A stretch of DNA of 64,000 bases from Myxococcales bacterium (GTDB taxonomy: Bacteria; Myxococcota; Myxococcia; Myxococcales; UBA5297), in assembly GCA_049841135.1 (NCBI GenBank), contig JASGHK010000008.1, positions 211,272 through 275,271 on the forward strand, given 5' to 3'. The notes beneath the pieces were generated by a model. It did no database searches and was not told the origin of the DNA. It worked only from the letters and a program-made list of their open reading frames with translations. The translations under genes were made by a program, and so were the position numbers. Positions 58,975-64,000 of the stretch are shown piece by piece (positions within the stretch are counted from its first letter, which is position 1; every line of letters begins with the position of its first letter).

Positions 58975-61878
58975 ATGACCAGACTCTCGGTGCTCCAAGC
59001 GGCGTTTGCCCTGTCGCTTTCGCTGTCCGTCGCCGGTTGCACCGGTGCGGGCGAGTCGCCCAACGTGCTCAGCGCACCTCTCCCCGCCGCGGCGGCGCAG
59101 CCCGTCGGCACCCGGTCCTTCGCGCTCGCCGCCAACGGCGAGGCGTGTACCGCCGGCGCCGACTGCACCAGCGACTTCTGCGTGGACGGTGTCTGCTGCA
59201 ACGAAGCCTGCGGCGGCGGCGCCACCGACGACTGCCAGGCCTGCAGCGTCGCCGCGGGCGCTGCGGCCGACGGCACCTGCAGCGCGCGGGCGGCGACCAC
59301 CGTGTGCCGGGCCTCGGCGGGCGACTGCGACCTCGCCGAGACCTGCGACGGCACCGCCGTGCTCTGCCCGGCCGACCAGTTCCAGCCCGCGAGCCACGAG
59401 TGCCGGGGCGCGCAGGCCAGCGACCTGTGCGACCTGCCCGAGACCTGCTCCGGCACCAGCGCGGCCTGCCCGGCCGACCAGGTGGTGAGCGCCGGCACCT
59501 CCTGCCGCCCCGCCGCCGACCTCTGCGACCTCCCCGAGGCCTGCGACGGGACCTCCAAGGCCTGCCCCGCCGACCAGGTGACGAGCGCCGGCACCTCCTG
59601 CCGCCCCGCCGCCGACGTCTGCGACCTCCCCGAGGCCTGCGACGGAACCGCCAAGGCCTGCCCCGCGGATCGGTTCCAGCCTGCGAGCCACGTGTGCCGG
59701 AGCGCACAGGCCGGCGACCTGTGCGACCAGGCCGAGACCTGCACCGGCACCAGCGCGGCCTGCCCGGCCGACCTGGTGAAGAGCGCCGGCGTCTCCTGCC
59801 GCGCCGCCGCCGGCCTCTGCAATCTCCCCGAGGCCTGCGACGGGACCTCCAAGGCCTGCCCCGCCGACGTGCTGCAGGCCTCCGGCTTCGAGTGCCGCGC
59901 GGCCCTGGCGACCAACCTGTGCGACCTGGCCGAGGTCTGCGACGGAGCCAGCGCCGCCTGCCCTGCCGACCTGGTGAAGCCCGCCAATACCGTCTGCCGC
60001 GCCGCCGCCGGCGACTGCGACGTCGCCGAGAAGTGCGACGGCACCGCCAAGGCCTGCCCGGTCGAGAAGTTCGTGGCCTCGACCGTCACCTGCCGCCCCT
60101 CGTACGGGGACTGCGACGTGGGGGAGAACTGCCCCGGCAACGCCGCCGACTGCCCGGCCGACAAGATCAAGGTCAAGGGCAGCGTCTGCCGCGCGGCCCT
60201 GCCCACCGAGCCGTGCGACGCGCCCGAGACCTGCGACGGCGTGGGCATCACCTGCCCGGCGGATCTCGTGAAGCCCGCCAACACCGTCTGCCGCGCCGCG
60301 GTGACCGGCGGCTGCGACGTGGCCGAGAACTGCGACGGCACCGCCAAGACCTGCCCCACCGACGCCTTCGCCACGGTCAACACCCTCTGCCGCCCCGCCG
60401 CCGGCGACTGCGACGTGCCCGAGGTCTGCACCGGGACCACCGCCACCTGCCCGACCCCCGACGTCAAGAAGCCGTCGGGCACCGAGTGCCGGGCCTCGCA
60501 GGGCCCGTGCGACCCGGCGGAGGCGTGCACCGGGAGCTCCGCCGCCTGCCCGGCGGACAAGCTCTCGCCGGGGAGCACCGTCTGCCACCCGGCCAACGGC
60601 GCCTGCGACGCGGTGGAGAACTGCACCGGCACCTCGGCGGCCTGCCCCGCCGACCTGCCCAAGGCCCAGGGGCTCCCCTGCCGCGCCGCCGCGGGCCCGT
60701 GCGACCTCGTCGAGACCTGCGACGGCGTGGTCCGGGAGTGCCCCGCCGACGTCCTCCGCTCCGCGGGCTTCGAGTGCCGGGCGGCCTTGGGCATCTGCGA
60801 CGTCGCCGAGCAGTGCACCGGCGCCTCGGCGCAGTGCCCGGCCAACGTGGTCGAAGCCCAGGGCAAACCCTGCCGTCCCAAGGCCGGCGACTGCGACTTC
60901 GCCGAGGAGTGCGACGGCGTCAGCGGCGCCTGCCCGGCCGACCGGATGGTGGCCCTGGGCACCGAGTGCCGCGCGGCCGACGGCGACTGCGACTTCGCCG
61001 AGTACTGCACCGGCACCAGCAACGAATGCCCGGCCGATGCGGTGAAGAACAGCACCATGGTGTGCCGCGTCGCGGCCGGCCCGTGCGACCTGCCCGACCA
61101 CTGCGACGGCCAGGTCAAGACCTGCCCCGCCGACGCCCTGGCCGGCCCCGAGGTCGTCTGCCGCGCCGCCGGCGGCGACTGCGACCTGGCCGAGAGCTGC
61201 ACCGGCACCTCCGCCGACTGCCCGACCGACGAGGTCAAGCCGTCGACGGTCGAGTGCCGTGCCTCCTCCGGCGTGTGCGACCTCGCCGAGTCGTGCGACG
61301 GCAAGTCGGCGCGCTGCCCGTCCAACGCCCTCAAGCCCACCGGCCAAGGCTGCCCCGGCGACGGCACCTGCCAGCAGGGCCACTGCGATCACCTGCCCGT
61401 CTCCACCGACGACGAGTACAGCACCCTGGCCGGCGAGGCCCTCGTGGTCGACGCGGCGCAGGGCCTGCTCTCCAACGACGCCGACGCGGACAGCGACGCG
61501 CTCAGCGTGGTGCTGGAGACCGAGCCCGGGCACGGCCGCCTGAGCCTGAAGCAGGACGGCTCCTTCCGCTACGAGCCGGACCACGCCTTCCTGGGCACGG
61601 AGACCTTCACCTACCGGGCGAGCGACGGCTTCGGCAAGGGCGCGGTGGCGACGGTGACCATCACCGTGAAGCCTCAGCCGCTGGACGCCAGCGTCGAGCC
61701 GGTCGACGCCGCGATGCCGGTGGACGCCTCCGCTCCGGACGCGGCGATCGCGGGCGCGGACGCGGGCGAGCCGCGCTTCTCCGGCGGCTGCAGCTGCGCG
61801 AGCGCGGCGGCGGGCCCGGCGATGGGCATCCTCCTGCTGGCCTTCGCCCTGCCGATGATCGGCCGGCGCCGGAAGTAA
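58975..61878 (+). CDS. Giant Cys-rich tandem-repeat lipoprotein of 967 aa: about 45 copies of a 20-aa CRxAxGxCDxxExCxGxSxxCPAD module, an Ig/cadherin-like domain and a MYXO-CTERM tail
   Basis: A GAGGGAAG ribosome-binding site lies upstream and the signal and lipobox are MTRLSVLQAAFALSLSLSVAGC. The repeats include CRASAGDCDLAETCDGTAVLCPADQF, CRPAADLCDLPEACDGTSKACPADQV and similar. A beta-sandwich domain follows (…LSNDADADSDALSVVLETEPGHGRLSLKQDGSFRYEP…TFTYRASDG…). The tail ends FSGGCSCASAAAGPAMGILLLAFALPMIGRRRK. Confidence 0.85.
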   Translation: MTRLSVLQAAFALSLSLSVAGCTGAGESPNVLSAPLPAAAAQPVGTRSFALAANGEACTAGADCTSDFCVDGVCCNEACGGGATDDCQACSVAAGAAADGTCSARAATTVCRASAGDCDLAETCDGTAVLCPADQFQPASHECRGAQASDLCDLPETCSGTSAACPADQVVSAGTSCRPAADLCDLPEACDGTSKACPADQVTSAGTSCRPAADVCDLPEACDGTAKACPADRFQPASHVCRSAQAGDLCDQAETCTGTSAACPADLVKSAGVSCRAAAGLCNLPEACDGTSKACPADVLQASGFECRAALATNLCDLAEVCDGASAACPADLVKPANTVCRAAAGDCDVAEKCDGTAKACPVEKFVASTVTCRPSYGDCDVGENCPGNAADCPADKIKVKGSVCRAALPTEPCDAPETCDGVGITCPADLVKPANTVCRAAVTGGCDVAENCDGTAKTCPTDAFATVNTLCRPAAGDCDVPEVCTGTTATCPTPDVKKPSGTECRASQGPCDPAEACTGSSAACPADKLSPGSTVCHPANGACDAVENCTGTSAACPADLPKAQGLPCRAAAGPCDLVETCDGVVRECPADVLRSAGFECRAALGICDVAEQCTGASAQCPANVVEAQGKPCRPKAGDCDFAEECDGVSGACPADRMVALGTECRAADGDCDFAEYCTGTSNECPADAVKNSTMVCRVAAGPCDLPDHCDGQVKTCPADALAGPEVVCRAAGGDCDLAESCTGTSADCPTDEVKPSTVECRASSGVCDLAESCDGKSARCPSNALKPTGQGCPGDGTCQQGHCDHLPVSTDDEYSTLAGEALVVDAAQGLLSNDADADSDALSVVLETEPGHGRLSLKQDGSFRYEPDHAFLGTETFTYRASDGFGKGAVATVTITVKPQPLDASVEPVDAAMPVDASAPDAAIAGADAGEPRFSGGCSCASAAAGPAMGILLLAFALPMIGRRRK

Positions 61879-61936
61879 CGAAGAGAGCCGTTCCGCAGTG
61901 ACGCAGAGCCCCGCCCCGCGCGGGGCTCTGCCATTT

Positions 61937-63487
61937 TCAGGTCCCCTTCTTCACGCACCGCTCGCAGAGCGACCGCGGCCGCTCGAGCCCGCCGCCGTCG
62001 AGCGTCGCGCCGGGAGCACCACAGGGCTCGCACCGGCCCTCCAGCGCCGCGTCGATGAGCACCAGCCTCTTCGCGTCCCCGGTCGCCTGGCCCTCGAGCT
62101 GCTCGAGCTCCAGCTGGCGCTGCCGGCGCGAAGGCCCAAGCCGTCGGTTGATCTCCTCGAAGGCCCGCTCGACCGACCTCTCCGAGCCGGGCAGGGGGAA
62201 CAGCGCGTCGGGCTCGCACCACGACGACGGCCCGCAAAGGCCGGTGACCGCGTCGATGGACATCGAGAAGCGCCCGTCCTCGACGTCGTAGGACCAGGGC
62301 GGGACCCCGGCCTGCCGGAGCTGGAGCTCGAACTGCTCGGCGAGCGCGGTGTCGATGGAGAGCGACGTCACCCCCGCGGCCGTGCAGGTCGCCATCCAGT
62401 GGGAGTCGTCCCGGGGCTCGACTTGCGCGCCGCGGCCCGTCCGCTTGTAGCCGAGCAGCACCAGCCGAAGGGAACGGTCCCGGCAGTCCTGCGCGATCTG
62501 CTCCAGGTCCTCGGGGTTGGCGACCGGCGTCCCGAGCACCACGTGGATCGCCGGAAGCCAGACGCTCTGGCTGGCGCGTGGATGGTTGCGCACCCGGTCG
62601 CTGACGAGCTTGACCTCGTCCGAAGCCTGGACAGAGTAGGCCCAGGCCACCCTGCTCCACTCGACGTCCTTGGCGCGGTGCTGCTCGTCCATCCACTCCA
62701 GCCTGCGAGTGGTGAAGGCCGCGCGCATGCCCGCCTTCTGGATGGCCGCGAGGATGGCGTGGAAGTCGGGATGCTCGGTCGGCTCGCCGCCGCCGAGGAC
62801 CACCTCGAAGACCTGCGCCTCCTTGAGCCTCTCGACGATCGGAAGGATGGCCGAGAGCGGAGCGTGCCGGCCGTCGGGGCGCGAGTCCTGGTAGCAGTAC
62901 GCACAGCCGGCCTCGCAGCGCTCGGTGATCTTCAGGTCCACGAGCTCCGGCCAGGTCGAGCGGAACGGGAGGACGTGCGGGTCGGCCGCCCGTGCGAAGG
63001 AGAAGCGGGCCTTGGTCCCCCGGTAGCTCTCCATCACGGTCCAGAAGCCGAGCGGATCGCGCCGGACGCGAGCGTCGCCGAAGTCGGCGGGATCGAGCCC
63101 CTGGTCGAAGTCGCTCTCCGGGTGCGGAAAGCCGTCGCCGCCGCCGAGGATGACGACGCCCTCCTTCATGGCCCAGCGCGCGATCTCCGCCAGCAGCTCC
63201 GGCGGGCCCGACCACTGCGTTTGATGGTTGACCCGCCCTTCGCCGACCGGCCCACCCAGCAACCCGGTCAGCTCGCCCGCCAGCCCCGCTCCATCCAGCT
63301 GCAGGCGCAGGTACGGCCGCTTGGCTTCCGGCGAGGCGAGCAGGAAGTGCTCGTCGTGGTACTCGTGCCCCTCCACCAGGTTCTCGTCCTTGCGGCCGGG
63401 CAGGAAGATGACGCTGTGCGCCGAGGACGAGTTGGTGGCGAACCCGAGCCGCAGGCTATGGAGGAAGAGGTGGGGAGGGCCGGACAT
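61937..63487 (-). CDS. Radical SAM protein with a long N-terminal extension and a Cys-rich C-terminus
   Basis: The radical SAM motif CEAGCAYCYQ (CxxxCxxC) sits about 230 aa from the N-terminus, with a GGE-like VLGGGEPT motif downstream. The C-terminus reads CEPCGAPGATLDGGGLERPRSLCERCVKKG. The start is uncertain, at ATG 63487 or nearby. Confidence 0.65.
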   Translation of the reverse strand: MSGPPHLFLHSLRLGFATNSSSAHSVIFLPGRKDENLVEGHEYHDEHFLLASPEAKRPYLRLQLDGAGLAGELTGLLGGPVGEGRVNHQTQWSGPPELLAEIARWAMKEGVVILGGGDGFPHPESDFDQGLDPADFGDARVRRDPLGFWTVMESYRGTKARFSFARAADPHVLPFRSTWPELVDLKITERCEAGCAYCYQDSRPDGRHAPLSAILPIVERLKEAQVFEVVLGGGEPTEHPDFHAILAAIQKAGMRAAFTTRRLEWMDEQHRAKDVEWSRVAWAYSVQASDEVKLVSDRVRNHPRASQSVWLPAIHVVLGTPVANPEDLEQIAQDCRDRSLRLVLLGYKRTGRGAQVEPRDDSHWMATCTAAGVTSLSIDTALAEQFELQLRQAGVPPWSYDVEDGRFSMSIDAVTGLCGPSSWCEPDALFPLPGSERSVERAFEEINRRLGPSRRQRQLELEQLEGQATGDAKRLVLIDAALEGRCEPCGAPGATLDGGGLERPRSLCERCVKKGT

Positions 63488-63508
63488 GGTTCTACCCATA
63501 TGATCGTT

Positions 63509-63681
63509 GCGGGCCGCAGCGTGACGGCCGGACGGACGCTTCGGGACGGGCACTGGCGGCTTGACCCGAAGCCCGAAGCCCTACTTCGGGTGCGGGCCGC
63601 GGCGTGACGGCCGGAGGGACGCTGCGGGACCGGCACTGGCGGCTTGACCCGAGGCCCGAAGCCCGCAGCCCGAAGCCCCTC
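63509..63681. repeat. Two tandem, roughly 80-bp copies of a REP-like element (GGCTTCGGG family) with the core ggcggcttgacccgaagcccgaagccc
   Basis: The region reads gcgggccgcagcgtgacggccggacggacgcttcgggacgggcactggcggcttgacccgaagcccgaagccc followed by a second, more diverged copy. The core is the reverse complement of the one at 30921-30939. Confidence 0.55.
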
Positions 63682-63756
63682 TTCTCACGTTGGACCCGGG
63701 CGATGGACGCTGCCATTCTTGTCCGCGCCGCGACCGCGGCCCAACCGGAGGCCTCG

Positions 63757-64000
63757 ATGCAACGCCCAGGACCGACTGCCCGCCTCGCCCTCTTCCTCGC
63801 CCTTCCGCTCGCGCTCGCCGCCTGCGCCGGCACGCCCAAGCGGCCCGCCGCCCCGCACACCTTCGAGCCCGACGCCAAGCTCATCCTCGTCGAGTCCGCG
63901 CCCATCGAGACCACGCTCGACCACCCCGACGTGCCCAACGCCTACGAGGTGTGGGTGGAGATGATCAACTCGGCCACGCGCTCGGTGGACATCGCGCAGT
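63757..64000 (+). CDS. Lipoprotein, possibly with a PLD-like domain; 5' partial, runs off the end of the window
   Basis: A GGAGG ribosome-binding site lies 5 nt before ATG 63757. The signal and lipobox are MQRPGPTARLALFLALPLALAAC. The segment ...LVESAPIETTLDHPDVPNAYEVWVEMINSATRSVDIAQ resembles the start of PLD-superfamily domains. Confidence 0.45.
   Translation, partial: MQRPGPTARLALFLALPLALAACAGTPKRPAAPHTFEPDAKLILVESAPIETTLDHPDVPNAYEVWVEMINSATRSVDIAQ

Noticed and set aside
63268-63636. A 122-aa ORF MPVPQRPSGRHAAAR... downstream of the rSAM start
   Set aside because: It lies entirely within the tandem REP-like repeat (63509..63681). Its N-terminus merely repeats the artefactual MPVPKRPSGRHAAAR of the neighbouring copy.

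Overview
The window is very GC-rich (about 70%) with strong GC3 codon bias, and the gene content looks like Myxococcota. Three giant secreted cysteine-rich repeat proteins are present, two ending in a MYXO-CTERM sorting tail. TPR-linked Ser/Thr kinase and FIST/GAF signalling proteins are also present. About 39 protein genes are supportable. The main ones are a GAF-GGDEF cyclase, a DedA membrane protein, a pyruvate:ferredoxin oxidoreductase, a dihydroorotate-dehydrogenase-like flavoprotein, an RsuA-type pseudouridine synthase, an M1 aminopeptidase, an SBP-MCP-Ser/Thr kinase operon, a FIST / GAF-histidine kinase / response regulator operon, a TetR-SDR operon, a tandem-cyclase STAND-TPR protein and a radical SAM protein. 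The most unusual features are a full-length bacterial homologue of the eukaryotic major vault protein, and two near-identical IS66 copies. Each IS66 copy has its own 8-bp target-site duplication. One is inserted into a 7-unit array of 79-bp tandem repeats built around a CACGTG-centred palindrome. A GGCTTCGGG REP-like dispersed repeat family and duplication/rearrangement scars are also present. At least nine single-base frameshifts interrupt otherwise well-conserved genes, which points to assembly indels or pseudogenes.
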